Below, one piece after another: positions 22,467 to 36,443 of a stretch of 64,000 bases of DNA. The notes under the pieces are model-generated. The model had not been told where the DNA came from, did no database searches, and worked only from the letters and a program-made list of their open reading frames with translations. The translations under genes were made by a program, and so were the position numbers. Position 1 is the stretch's first letter. Every line of letters begins with the position of its first letter. The DNA is from Macrostomum lignano (lineage: Eukaryota): positions 73,731 through 137,730 of the forward strand of contig NIVC01002826.1 in NCBI GenBank assembly GCA_002269645.1. The letters are read 5' to 3'.

Positions 22467-25400
22467 TTAGGCGGCAGAGCTCGGACCGCCAGCAGCGGCG
22501 CCGCCAGTCGCCTGTTCAAGAGCGCCCTCCTGGCAGCAGCGCTTCAGATCGGCCAGGAAGCCCTCGGGAGTGAGGATGTGCGTCCCGCCGACAATCACCT
22601 CCCAGTTGCGCTGCTTAGCGGCCTGGCTAACCTCGTAGGCGCAGCGCATCTCGCTGTAGGTGAAGCCGCCGGCGAAGAATACAATTAGGCGAGGCCCGGC
22701 CGCCTTCTGCTGCGGCCCCTTCTGCTGCTGGTGCCACTGGCCATAGCGGGAGGGCACCGCGCCGCCCGGGCGGGGCCGCTGAGGCACGCTGCCCAGGAAT
22801 GGGAACATCTTCTGGTCCAGGCGGTCCTCGATGGCGTCCTCCATCACGTCCTTGATGAATGGAGTCCAGCGGCTAAGTTGGTATTGGGTGGCGTTCTCGC
22901 GCTCACGGCGGTGGCTCGGCAGGTAGGGCTGCGCGGCCTGCGGGGGGAGAGTGGGAGTTCTTTTACAGACTTGAGTCGTGTGCATGCATAAGGCAGGGGA
23001 TGGGGGTCAGGTGTGTGTACAAAGGATGGGATGGTCATGACATGTGTGTGTACAAAAGATGGGATGGTCATGGCAGTTGTGTGTACAAAGGATGGGATGG
23101 TCATGACATGTGTGTGTACAAAGGATGGGATGGTCATGGCAGGTGTGTGTACAAAGGATAAGATGGTCATGGCAGGTGTGTAGATAGGATGGGGGATGGT
23201 CATGGCAGGTGTGTACATAGGATGGGATGGGGTCATGGCAGGTGTGTACATAGGATGGGATGGGGTCATGGCAGGTGTGTACATAGGATGGGGGATGGTC
23301 ATGGCAGGTGTGTACATAGGATGGGGGATGTTGATGGCAGGTGTGTACATAGGATGGGGGATGTTGATGGCAGGTGTGTACATAGGATGGGGGATGGTCA
23401 TGGCAGGTGTGTACATAGGATGGGGGGTGGTCATTGCAGGTGTGTACATAGGATGGGATAAGGGTCATGGCAGTTGTGTACATAGGATGGGATAAGGGTC
23501 ATGGCAGTTGTGTACATAGGATGGGGGATGGTCATTGCAGGTGTGTACATAGGATGGGGGATGGTCATGGCAGGTGTGTACATAGGATGGGGGATGGTCA
23601 TGGCAGTTGTGTACATAGGATAAGGGATCATGGAAGGTCAAACACCTTACACCACCCTGAAAAAGCACACAAAGGTTTCAGTCACCCAGCTAGTTAAAGA
23701 AAAAATGATTCAGTCGTTCACCTTGCGTCGCCCGCCGTCCATCAGTCCGCCGACGCCGCCTTTGCCGTCCTGAATAACCGGCACGCCGAGATTGGCGGCA
23801 TTCAGCAGTATGGGCTTCTCCTGCTCGGGAATCTGGCCGTGCTGCAGCAGCTTGGCCAGGTTCTCCTCGGACACGCCGGTCTTGTGAATCACGTACAGCA
23901 GAATGATGCGCAGCTTGTCGTAGGCGGTCACTGAGGCGTCCAGCAGGATGGGCACGATGGCGCGCATGTGGTCGCGAACTTTCTCGCCGTCGGCGTCGCA
24001 GCCCATGGCGAGGTCCTGCTCCACCTGGCGGAGGCGGGCAACAGTTGCGTTTAACGAGGGTTCAGAGATGCACAAGGACCATTGGAATTTTCTAGTAGTC
24101 CTTGAGAGTGCGTCAGGCGATCAGGTCGTGAATAAGGGAGGATTAGGGTGTGAATAAGGGCGGATTGGAGACAGCAGGGGTGGATTTGGATCAGTAGGAG
24201 CGGATTTGGATCAGTAGGAGCGGATTTAGATCAGTAGGAGCGGATTTGGATCAGTAGGGGCGGATTTAGATCAGTAGGGGCGGATTTGGATCAGTAGGAG
24301 CGGATTGGGGCTAGCAGGGGCGGATTGGGGCTAGCAGGGGCGCATTGGGGACAGCAGGGGCGGATTGGGGCTAGCAGGGGCGGATTGGGGCTAGCAGGGG
24401 CGGATTGGGGCTAGCAGGGGCGGATTGGGGCCAGCAGGGGCGGATTAGGGCTAGCAGGGGCGAATTGGGGCTAGCAGGGGCGGATTGGGGTCAGCAGGGG
24501 CGGATTGGGGCTAGCAGGGTGGATTGGGGCTAGCAGGGGCGGATTGGGGCCAGCAGGGGCGGATTAGGGCTAGCAGGGGCGCATTGGGGACAGCAGGGGT
24601 GGATTGGAGCTACTAGGGGCGAATTGGAGACAGCAAGGGCGGATGGGGGCAACTAGGGGCGGATTGGAGCTAGGAGGGGCGGATTGGGGACAGCAGGGGC
24701 GGATTAGGGCTAGCAGGGGCGGATTGGGACTAGCAGGGGCGGATTAGGGCTAGCAGGGGCGGATTGGGGCTAGCAGGGGCGGATTAGGGCTAGCAGAGGC
24801 GGATTGGGACTAGCAGGGGCGGATTGAGACTAGCAGGGGCGGATTGGAGCTACCAGGGGCGGATTGGGACTAGCAGGGGCGGATTAGGGCTAGCAGGGGC
24901 GGATTAGGGCTACCAGGGGCTGATTGGGACTACCAGGGGCGGATTGGGACTAGCAGGGGCGGATTAGGGCTAGCAGGGGCGGATTAGGGCTACCAGGGGC
25001 TGATTGGGACTAGCAGGGGCGGATTAGGGCTAGCAGGGGCGGATTAGCGCTAGCAGGGGCACATTGGGGACAGCAGGGGCGGATTGGGGCTAGCAGGGTG
25101 GATTGGGGCTAGCAGGGGCGGATTGGGGCCAGCAGGGGCGGATTAGGGCTAGCAGGGGCGGATTAGCGCTAGCAGGGGCACATTGGGGACAGCAGGGGCG
25201 GATTGGGGCTAGCAGGGTGGATTGGGGCTAGCAGGGGCGGATTGGGGCCAGCAGGGGCGGATTAGGGCTAGCAGGGCGGATTAGCGCTAGCAGGGGCACA
25301 TTGGGGACAGCAGGGGCGGATTGGGGCTAGCAGGGTGGATTAGGGCTAGCAGGGGCGGATTAGGGCTAGCAGGGGCGGATTAGGGCTAGCAGGGCGGATT

Positions 25401-28400
25401 AGCGCTAGCAGGGGCACATTGGGGACAGCAGGGGCGGATGGGATGGGAGTCAAAGACAAGACTCAGTATTGCAATGATGCAATAATGCAACAAGCGTGTC
25501 AAGCACAGCGGGTTTCCCTTCACCTTGCAGAGCTTGTCCACCCGGCCAGTGTAGGCGCGCATGCAGTCCTCAGCCAGATGGAAATGCGTACTGTAAGCGC
25601 TGAGCTCCTTCTGATACTGGGGCATCTTTTTCATCATCTGGGCCAGATCGCGAACCCCCGTGCCGCCGGCGCCCATCCGTTTTGAGTCGGAGAACTGCTT
25701 GAGCTTGGCGGTGACATTCTGGCCAACAACGGCAATGTGCAGGTGGCGCAGCTCCACCCAGAGATCGTCGCGCTCGTCTAGCACAACCTCGCGCTCGCGC
25801 TCGTCTCCGGCTGTGGTGCTCACGTACTTGTAGACGTCGTTCTCGATTGGGATCAGATCGTAGGCCATGGCCTGCGCACGTGTTTTCGGGGATGGCCACT
25901 TTTGGATTCGCAATGCAACTTTTGGAATTATGATGCCATTTTTGGATTCGCAATGCAACTTTTGGAATTATGATGCCATTTTTGGATTCGCAATGCCACT
26001 TTTGAATTCGCAATGCCACTTTTAGAAATTCGAATGCCATTTTAGGATTCGCAATGCTACTTTTGGATTCGCAATGCCACTTTTGGATTGGCAAATGGCA
26101 AAACCTCAAATCAAACCTGGTTTCCAAGAAATGTCTATGGCAAAACCTCAAATCAAACCTGGTTTCCAAGAAATGTCTATGGCAAAACCTCAAATCAAAC
26201 CTGGTTTCCAAGAAATGTCTATGGCAAAACCTCAAAGCAAACCTGGTTTCCAAGAAATGTCTATGGCAAAACCTCAAAGCAAACTTGGTTTCCCAAAAGC
26301 CCAAATTTTTACCTGAAAGGTGAGCTCGTGCAGCAGCGGAGTGACGGGATCGGCCCCCCTGTCCAGCACAATCAACAGGCTGCGATCCTTCTGCGGCCCC
26401 TCGCCCATGGAGGGATCGTCAGCTTTGTACTGCTCCAGCTTGAAGTTGATAGCGTTGGCGAACTGATGGTTGGTCTCGTTGAATGCCCGGTAGCGAATAG
26501 TGGGAAATTCGCCTAGCGAGGCGCACAGGGTGGCGATCTGCTCGGCGATGCGGTCCAGGTGCTGCGCTTTGCCAGCCTGGTTGCCAAGGAAATAATGGAA
26601 AATCGTGTCCGGACTATCCAGACTGAACACCTGGCTCTCGTACGGCAGGAAAGCGATGTTGATCTCTTTCAGAGTCTTAATAAACTTGCTAGTTGGACTT
26701 TTGCACAGCTCGCTAAACAGGTCGTCTGGACAGGCCTCGGTGAAGAACACGTGAGCGGCGCGGTATTGCATTCGGACCCCGCTGAAGTCCGCCATCAGCA
26801 GCTGGACAGATTCGCGGGTCGGCTGCAACAAATAAATTGCTTCTAGGGGCAGTGGTTCGCGTTTCTTGGACACGTCCTCCACCAGGGTGATGCCCTCGGA
26901 CATGATCTCGTGCATGCGGCAGCAGGCGCTGATCATGCGCATTGACAGCTTGTCCACGATCAGCACCTTCCAGTCGCCCTCCTTCTTCAGCGAGTGGATC
27001 ACCTCGCGCATGATTTCTGGTGGGGGATGGGAATCGAAATTCAATGCTTTGGTGTGGAGTTAAGGACTAGTCTCGGACATATATGAGCACAGGTGATTGG
27101 AAGCTATTCATAGTACAAGGATCTGGGAATACCGCAGATCTACAGTATGAGGGGTGGAATATTGCAGATTTAAGGTACAGGGATTTCTTGGGAATACAGC
27201 CGATCTGTAATACGAGGTTCTAGAATATTTTAGATCTATAATATAAAGATATATGAGGATCTAGAAATATTGCAGATCTATAGTATCTATATACTAAAAA
27301 TGATAAGGAACTAAGAATGCCATAGATTTATAATTTGAAGTTGGAATACTGTTGTTGCTTTTTAGTTAAATATTTTATTCTAGCATTCTTAAAATGCATT
27401 TCAAGTCGAAAGAGCTGCTTGACATTTGCAAAAAGCATGTTTTTGAACATTTAATCCCCCCTTAATATTGAGCAATTTCTTAGCCAAGACATATGTACTG
27501 TCATAGAAAAACTTCTAATCGAACAATGCAAGTTTGAAGAAAATTGGTTAAACCATTTTTGTTAAAAATTGATCACACACACATGCACATATAGATAGAC
27601 AATTTTTGGTATATGGTGGATAAATAAATAATATAACTGAGTATTAAGTTTGGTATCATTTTAAAGCATGGAAAGGTTTTGTAGCTTTGAATGAATTTTT
27701 TATGATTTATTTTAAAAAATGCTTCTAAGTTTTATAATTTCTGAACAATTTTATTTATAGAACTATAAGAATAGCCTTTAAATATAAGTGCTACTTGTTA
27801 AATTTTTATAAAAAAGATAAATATATTTCACAATTTGGCATAATAATTTATAAATATCTTAATATTTATTATTAGAAAACTAGACTTCAAAAACAAAAAT
27901 GATTTGAATAAAAATATATATTATACAATAAAAGTTTTTTTATGATTAATAAATTTAATTATACAGTATATAAAAATATTAATTCTTTGTTATAAATTTA
28001 ATTTTTATAGACAAATAAAACTGAGCAATTTGGCAATAAAACTCTATCTTGTTGACTCTAGTCTGGTAAAAATAATGCAAAATAAATTCCAATAAGCTGT
28101 TAATATTATTGTCATTAGTAAGATTTTTGAAAATGAAATACCTAAGTTTGTATTATATCTACAATATGGACTTGGCTACTATTACTTGGCTATACCTTTG
28201 TCTGGCTAACCTAATTGAATTTAAATATCTTTGAGTTAAAAAATACCTGAATAACTGAATTTAATCAACTTTAATAATTCTACTACAACATTATGCATTG
28301 TTTTCTAAATAGGCCCCAGTTCTTTAATCATAAGAAATTAAAGTAATTAAATATATATAGTATTTACATTGTATACCCCTAACAAAAATGAAAAAACACA

Positions 28401-28452
28401 AAAACTTAATAATTGACTACTTACTCGATGCAACAGCCGATTTAAGAGCCAT
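22467..28452 (-). CDS. unc-18: Munc18-1/unc-18/Rop-type Sec1/Munc18 syntaxin-binding protein, 617 aa
   Basis: Exons 28452-28425, 27016-26313, 25871-25524, 24024-23722, 22937-22467, all GT-AG and in phase. Motifs [87 protein letters not shown]. Confidence 0.96.
22995..23630. repeat. 33-bp minisatellite filling unc-18 intron 4, about 19 copies
   Basis: Unit ATGGGGGATGGTCATGGCAGGTGTGTACATAGG with position-dependent variants. Confidence 0.95.
24157..25440. repeat. 20-bp G-rich minisatellite filling unc-18 intron 3, about 60 copies
   Basis: Unit GGGGCGGATTGGGGCTAGCA; left variant GGAGCGGATTTGGATCAGTA. Confidence 0.95.
25895..26290. repeat. Two abutting arrays in unc-18 intron 2: 20-bp units (partly 40-bp dimers), then a 42-bp unit, about 4.7 copies
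   Basis: ttttggattcgcaatgccac-type units to about 26090; GGCAAAACCTCAAATCAAACCTGGTTTCCAAGAAATGTCTAT to 26290. Confidence 0.9.
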
Positions 28453-31082
28453 ATTCAACTCTATGATAATGGGATCAGATAACCAACAAGAGAGAACAAC
28501 AATTTTGCTGAAAATTCGGTTTCTAAAAAAATGTTTATCACATTCAAACGTGTGCAATTTGACTTAGTAAAACTAAGTCATACTAATATATATTATTTAT
28601 CACGTTAAAATGCATCAAAAACAACTAAAATCAATCTCAATTCTTTATAGTATTTTTAGCGCACTAGGAGAAGTCGTTAATTTAATCTATTCGTCATTAC
28701 ATGGTCAAGGACGCGACTAATCAACTATCGTCAAACTAATATGATTTTGCAGTTAATCCTGATACCTACAGAGATTGCTGCAAGACCTATGACCACCTAT
28801 GACCAGTCTTCTGGAGCACTTTGGCTTTGAGGCGAACTAAAAAGTGCACCCTGCCTTGTCAGGATATGATCTTCCTGGCTGTTCGATAATTCAGACATGT
28901 CGCAGGCTTGTCTCTTCTTTCAGAAAAGCTGCATTAGCTGCGAGAGTTGCTCACTGACTGTCTTTCCGCTAGACAAGTCTACTTCTTGCCATTCCGGGAA
29001 GTTGAGCTGTTTTTTTAGGTGTAGCAACAAATTCGCATGCTCTTTTGCTCCATAATCGCGTTTACCGAGAAGCCAAGCTGTGGGAGATCACCGCGAGTGC
29101 GCATTTACGAGAGTTTTCGGCAACTTCTGCAATGGTGAGTTGCTACCACAATCACCTGATCTGGCCCGTCTGGCTGAGGAGATTGAAGTCTGCATCAGTG
29201 GCTATTCTATCAGTTATCATCAGCTATTTTCGACTATTTTCGACTATTTTAGTCGCGCTGCTTCCACGATTGTTTTTTCGTGGATTTTGCCTCAGTTATG
29301 GACGGCTTCTTGGTCGATCTGCACATCAGTTACAAAGAGGCTGCCATCGCTTCTCTCAATTTGCTGCGGTTTCGTGACGGCTTCATCAGGCCCAGGTGGT
29401 TAATTTCTACAGCAACAAATAAGCGGCTGTCCGAATGCTCAACCGTGGCTCTGCTAAGTGTCCCATCATGAATATCATTCTGATGCAGGCCATGGTCTGT
29501 ATGTAGCAAAAGATCAACTTCAAGGTCTTTTGCCTGCCCTCGGTTTTTTCCTTAATTCCCCTCGGTTTAAATAATTTTTCGTTGATAACTCGATCCGCCC
29601 AGCTGTATGCTATGAGAATAAAGAGCTGATATTGCTGATGTGGAAGAGAGGCTGAGGCTCTGTAGCTGAGTGTAGTAAACAATCCTTGAGATAATTATTA
29701 GCAGTAGGTTTAATTAATAGTAGAAATACTTATTAGCCAGACCGCATCAGATGAGACGTGAGGTCCTGAGACGTTTACTTAACAGCAGACATGCATGCAA
29801 GCCCATTTGAGGAGAAAACTTATCTATCTACTTAGCACCAGAGCTCCAGGGGGAATCACTTTGAAAGGCAATGCGATCTCGCACCCTAGGCGAAAGAATT
29901 CCCCTGTGTAAAAGTCCCCGCTCCAGCATTAGTCTAGGCTGTTCAATTGATACCTCGCATAAGAGTCCCTTAGATCAGCCGGGCTAAACTGGTAGTGTCC
30001 TTTAATCTTTTCCCGAAGCTGTCTGGAAGTCTCGTCTCATTAGCAGGATCGACTGTCCCTGGGGGTACTTTTGCGCAGGCGACTGACTGGTGTTGGCGGC
30101 GCATATTTGGCGGCGGACCTTCAAACTAGTAGCCCGGGCTACTAGTTTAGCATATGGTACCTTGGTCAATCCGTCACACTACAAGCTACCCAATATTAAC
30201 TGAGGTGAATTTTCCTAGCGGCCGTACATATCGGCGCTATAAACCGAAGCCGACGCAAGCATAGCGCCTCGGGGGTTACAAAAATTACATTTTAATGAGC
30301 ATGCATAGCTGCTTTGGCCGAATTTTAGCTCGTAGTTCGGTATTCGTCTAGCACATCTACCTGTAGTAACAATTTTACAGTACAGTAACTCAGGTTTCTC
30401 TTTTAGGACAACTCTTCGAGGGACAGGTACTCGCCATCTGAGCTCAACTGGGTAACTACTCGTAGGTAAGCGGCTAACACGCTAGCTTTATTGCTCTCCT
30501 AGCGTAAATCTAAGATGTTTTACCGAGGCGATGGGCTGTTAGGCCAGTGGTAGTCCGGTTGCTAGCGCTTCCTTTTCGGTGGCTGGTCTGGGGGAGTCGG
30601 TCAGTCGGGGACCCAGCTCGCGCGCAACGAATACTCGTTGTCCCCTGATCTTTGACCTATTCTGGTAACTTCAATGAGACTGATCTGGATACCATCGGAA
30701 AATCTGACTCAGCCGCTCCAGACGCTGCCACTGGTAACTTCCATGCTGCCTGCTCAGAGACTGCTGACAAATCCCAGCAAGTTGACGAGAACGCGGCGAC
30801 GAATGAAGTGATGAGAGGAGAATCAGGGCTGACGCACGGAGAATCAGTCGATGAATCAGCTTGAGGAATGGAAACTCGAACAGGAAAGGTGATTGACAAC
30901 TTAAACGAATCTTGCAGATAAATGAGCCCGAATTTCTTTTGCTTAGAAGATCCGATGAACGGTCTTCGATTCCAGTCTTTTTAAAAGCATCCAGTCTTTT
31001 TAATTGACAAAATTTCTAGGTTATTTTTAGTTCGATATCAAATAAAAAAATGACAAAGAAAACGGATTTGAGAAATAGCTAT

Positions 31083-31141
31083 TTGACGTAGCTTGACGTA
31101 GCTTGACGTAGCTTGACGTAGCTTGACGTAGCTTGACGTAG
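31083..31141. repeat. Perfect 10-bp repeat (TTGACGTAGC) x6
   Basis: Directly visible in the sequence. Confidence 0.9.
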
Positions 31142-31399
31142 ATAAAGTTAAATTACCACTGACTAGAGCGGAAGGCCCAAACAAGTTTGTTTATCTGACA
31201 TCAAATAAGGAGGATTGAGTGCAATTGGAGGCGCGACTGAGGAAAGATATAAGATTAGAGAGCCAATCAGAAGCCAGCAAAAGGGAGAGAGATGAGATAA
31301 GAACCAGAAGTTAAACAGAGATAAAAACAGTAAACACAGTGACGATGGCAGTTGAAATCAAGATTCGTAGCTCGTATGAGTCAGATAACTAAGAAATTC

Positions 31400-32700
31400 G
31401 CGACAGGTTGCAAGGAATTTGACAGGGATCCTTCGTGCTAGAGATGCACTCTCGCGCCTTTTTCGTTGGATCCTGTATTGTAGTTCATATATGATCAGGC
31501 ACTGAACTGCTACGACACACCTGGGCCACCAACGGACGGTAACCGTCAGCAACGACAAGCCCTTAGGATGGCGTCCTAAGCCCAGTTCTCTGGAATATGA
31601 TCATTGATGAGCTTCTACAGAATGTTCACCTCGACCCGTGACATCTGGCCCGTCGCCTGAAACATTATATGTAGGTTAGGAAACAAAAACCCAGCAACTA
31701 TACTCAGCAACAGCTATGACCCCCCCCCCTAACAGTCAGTCACGCGGAACAACAGTTAAGCTATGTCTTTAATGCTTGTTTCAGTATAGTGAGTAGGCAC
31801 CACGAGCATGCATGCAAAAGTGCCGTTGCTCGTTGTGGTATCCTAATCACCAGCCGGTTGATGAACTCTTGGAAATTGGGGCAGCTGCTGCCAGGCATTC
31901 AGAATCGCTTGTCGCTTTACGAAGTCCTAGACATGCTCGATGGGGTTCATGTCTGGAGAGAGTTTGACGGCCTGATTAATGTGCGAATTGCGTTAGCGCA
32001 CCCCCCCCCCCCCCAGTTCCCCAGTACTTTGCGCTGGCGTCTGTCGACGGGCAGCCTTCGTACATTTCAGAATCATCGATGGCATGCAAAAATTTTGGGC
32101 CGAATGGCAGCGTGAGGTTAAAGGGGGAAGGGGTTGAGCTGTTATTGAGTCCATTATGCTGAACGATGGGCGTACAGGTTTGATAGCGAGGTCCCTGAGA
32201 CTAACCCCTCCCCGGCGATCATGTTCACCAGCCGAGTAAAAAATGGCATGTTCGCACACTCGAGCTTTACAGAGCGGAAATTCCCCTCTGCAAACCCGTT
32301 GTATGTCAGCCTTTTACACTAAAGGAGACTCTCTAGCGTTTTCCAGAATTAAGTCGTCGCATCAGCAGATGTCCAGCGGAGTTGTGCTTGCAGGATTGTC
32401 AAGGGTATCAGGTAGGAGTGTTTTCTTCTACTCCGATAGCAAGACTGCTCTGCAAGCCCTGTCTAATACTCAACCAACTGGCACAGAGATACACAGTCCA
32501 GCTGGTTCCCCAGACACGCGTGCTACATGGGAAACGATCTCCCGCAAACGTGTGCTGGTTCCATATCCCTTCCGCGATTATCGACAAACAAATCAAAGGA
32601 CTTGGGTGAAAATTCACCACAAGTGCAGATGAAAGAGCATCTCCAACTGCCGCTAATTCCCAGCCGAGTGCCCAAACTGCAGAGAATCCTTCCGAACCAA
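31400..32700 (+). mobile_element. Decayed non-LTR retrotransposon ORF2 with RT and RNase H remnants (R1/LOA/I-like)
   Basis: P*DGVLSPVLWNMIIDELLQ near 31560-31620 (QG..LSP.LWN), AVIESIML thumb remnant near 32140, then FYTKGDS, FYSDSKTALQAL and WFPRHACYMGND matching RNase H motifs YTDGS, SDS..AL.AL and WVP.H....GNE; many stops and frameshifts. Confidence 0.65.
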
Positions 32701-34089
32701 AAATCGGAACAGACAAACAGCCGACAGCCGGAACAAACGATGCTTTTTCTGCAATTACGAGTACTGCTCGGTCTTCAACCGAGACCGGCTTTAACACTTA
32801 GGCTTAACCCATCAATCGATGAAGCGTACCAGCCCGAGAACATTATTCCACGTCCTTCTTCCCTACAGAAGAACACGCTTACAAACAGACTGACAGACCT
32901 CCCTCCGTCCCCTCGTCCAGCCCATTCGGATGCGGGCTCTTCAGGGATTAGCGATATAGACAACGCTCCTCTCCTTGACGTGTCATCGGACCGCCCTGTG
33001 GATGAGTTAAGTAAGTAGTGTCATTATTACTCGATCATCTAAACAAATCTGGCTTCATCCATCATATCGATCTGATATCCATATAAACTCTATCTATCAG
33101 AACTTCTGAGAGCTTGGCTTCTAAAAGTACACTCATGACACGAGGCAGCTCACTTCAGAGGCGACTCACTTAAACTATATGAACGCTCATCTCGAGAGCT
33201 CACCAGGCAGATGGCCGGGCATGGGTTCGTATGCTGTCGAACAAAATAAACGAAAGATAGCTACAGACTGAAAAGGCTCTACACTGCCGATATTTCACTC
33301 GTAAATCAATCTGCAATAAATTAAACAAAATCTTAGAAACAGACTGTTGGCAACAGTGACAGAATATTGACAGGAAATTTTCTGTCCAAGCGGGGCTTAA
33401 AACCCCACCTACTGCTTTATTGATATTGGGAAAGACAGAAAAGGGTGAGATAAAGCTAATTCTAATTTCAGCTGCAGCTGTTCCTAGGAACAAGAATCTA
33501 GAGAGTTCCTACTCTAATCCAATCGCAAACTTTGACTTTCAGAACTACTTAGCCGGTCGGCTTTTCCTGCAATTTTCATGAAGCTGAATAATCTTAAAAT
33601 CCCTTAAGCCTGTGTGGAAAAAGTCGTATTACTGCGCGGATTAGCACGGGAAAATATTGAATTTCCTTGTCGAATTTGGGCTGCGGATGAAGCTGACGGG
33701 AGCAGGTATCTTGATTAAATTGCAATTTAGATTTTCGAATGCAATTTTGGCACCACAGACGTCTTAAGCTTCTGTCTGTTTACAGATTTGGAACCTATGC
33801 AAAACAGCTGCCGAATTTCAAGTCGCTGAAGCAGTCGAGAGGCGTGCGGATTCTGAAAGCAAAAAAGAGCGGCATCCCTACTTGTTAGCCAAATTAGAAG
33901 GCGCTGTTTTTGAGGTCCTGCACCGCCGGTGCTACAAGCGCTAGATTCAGACTATAGCTAAATGAAAAATCAAGTCAGCTTCTTTGACTTTTTTCTTTGA
34001 TTCTTTCCCGCAAGCAGCAATCTCGAATGAAATGGCAAGTAAGGGACCGCCCCCCCCCCCTGGCGCCCCATTACCAGCTGATTTGGCGT

Positions 34090-34560
34090 CCCTTCACAAC
34101 AGCTGTGGTCCCCCTTCACAACAACTGTGGTCCCCTACACAACAGCTGTGGTCCCCTTCACAACAGCTGTGGTACCCCCTTCACAACAACTGTGGTCCCC
34201 TTCACAACAGCTGTGGTCCCCCTTCACAATAACTGTGGTCCCCCTTCACAATAACTGTGGTCCTCTTCATAACAGCTGTGGTCCCCCTTCACAACAACTG
34301 TGGTCCCCCTTCACAACAGCTGTGGTCCCCTTCACAACAGCTGTGGTCCCCTTCACAATAACTGTGGTCCCCCTTCACAATAACTGTGGTCCCCCTTCAC
34401 AATAACTGTGGTCCTCTTCATAACAGCTGTGGTCCCCTTCACAACAGCTGTGGTCCCCCTTCACAAAAACTGTGGTCCCCTTCACAACAGCTGTGGTCCC
34501 CTTCACAAAAACTGTGGTCCCCTTCACAACAGCTGTGGTACCCCTTCACAACAGCTTTGG
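34090..34560. repeat. 23-24-bp minisatellite (TGTGGTCCCC(C)TTCACAACAGC), about 20 copies
   Basis: Tandem units with aataac/aaaaac variants. Confidence 0.93.
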
Positions 34561-36443
34561 TGCCCCTGGTGCTTGCGATCCACATGGCGTCCCCATAAAA
34601 AATCCTGGCTGCATCCCTCCCTAGCCCGGTAGCTAATCAGCTCGGTACAGTACAGTTACCCTCTCTCAGTGGCAGGGGCGACTTTGTGCCGGTCAAAGAA
34701 AGCCCGAATTTCTTTGCTGACGCCTTCCCTCTCTCTATATTTCTGTAATTCTCTCTAATCTCCCCCTCTTGCTAGAGACATTCCGGAGGTATCTTGAATA
34801 ATTGAATAAGCTAGAAATATATTTTCGATCCAGAATCATTCAATTATCTTGAATCAACGAAATATACGAGCGTATATTTACATCTGTCAATGGCGTGGTG
34901 GATGCTAACACGACAGTGCGACAACAGAGCCAAAATATGTTGCGAAAAAGTGCACAGAGGAGAGTAACACAATGCTTAGACGCACTTTTGTGCAAGCACA
35001 CTGATATCACACTTCTTTCTCTCCTCTCCTTCTTCCTAGATCCTCTCACCTTTCCCGGTAAACTCATTTTTAGTATATCTGATCATAGGAGAGTTTTGAA
35101 TTTTAGTATATCGGACTAGCACACTAAGCCCCCCATGGGGGCATTTAAATTCAAAATTCAAACGGAGCGCCCATTGAAAGCATTAAAAAACATCGTTTTT
35201 GATTATTTGAACCAGTTCCAATTCGAACTTTTCATCAAAAATGGTCATCCGTGCCCGCCGAAAAATTATGATTTTTTAAAGCTTTGAAAAAGCTTTGAAA
35301 TTTGAAAAAACTCGGCCTGACGGTTCTTAGAAAAATCAGCCGTCCACACCGATCCCCTAACTGCACCCACTTCCCCATTCTTTGTACCCCGGTCATCTGC
35401 GTGTCTTATCCTGATTGACTGCTCCTCCCTGCTCTGCTCCGTCTCTAGCCTCTGCATTTTAGCTCGTACTGTCTGACTAGGTGTTGATATTTTTGCATCC
35501 AATAGTTGCTAGGAAACAATCGACCATTAGGCACAACCGAAAATAAATAAAAAAGATGTTAGCTGGCGAGAGGGCTAGGCTGAGGGTTACAGCTAGTTAT
35601 AAATAGATCACAACGCATGTATGAAAAGCATTACCATTAGAAAACTTTGTTTTTTTCGACAATTTTATTTGGTTCTGTTTTAATTTTTTAAGCCAAGCGA
35701 ACTGTAAAGCCAGGGAAATTTCGAATGTAATAGTCACATTTATTTTTCGATATCATGGTCACGGTCACGGATAGATATACAGAGATATAGGATTCGCTTA
35801 AACAGACAATTGCAAGTAGTCGAAGTGAACGAGACAAATAAATTTATAAATTGAATAAGTTTATGCGTAATATTTTTTAGTGCAACCTCCTTCCAGTCGA
35901 GAAATCTGGCCCCTGGCCTCGTTGTCTCTCTGGGCTGTCCTTGGTCCATCTTCCGCATGGTTAATGTGTGCCTTGGAAAATTTACTACATTTACCGTACT
36001 TTGATATAATCGAAGAAAAATCTTATAAGCAACACGCTACGAAAATTTTGTACGTTAAAAAGCAAATAAGGATTAAAACGAATTGGGCGAAAACTTAAAT
36101 TTAAACGATAAAACCAACTGACAGACTTTTGAGGTGCATCTTTCTAAGCACAAATTGCAATTTTTCGTGAATTATAACAAATGTACAGTATCATTGTTAA
36201 AAAAGTTGAAAACTGACAATACCCTTGCAGACAAAAGTGCAATAACTTCTTGATCGCTTTTGAAATATTTAGATACTCGTAGTCTTGAAGTAGTTTTCTA
36301 CCGGTAGATGCTTGTAAAATCAAAATAAATTTGTTACTCAAAAAATTATTAAAATCCAGGAGTTACTTCTGCCGCAGCTATGTTAAATAATTAAGGTACA
36401 GAGATAAGCTATATCAGGTAACGATACTAGTTAGATCATATGA

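Noticed and set aside
22844-23697. His/Cys/Pro-rich repeat ORFs
   Set aside because: Translations of the 33-bp intronic satellite; the unc-18 exons splice cleanly around it.
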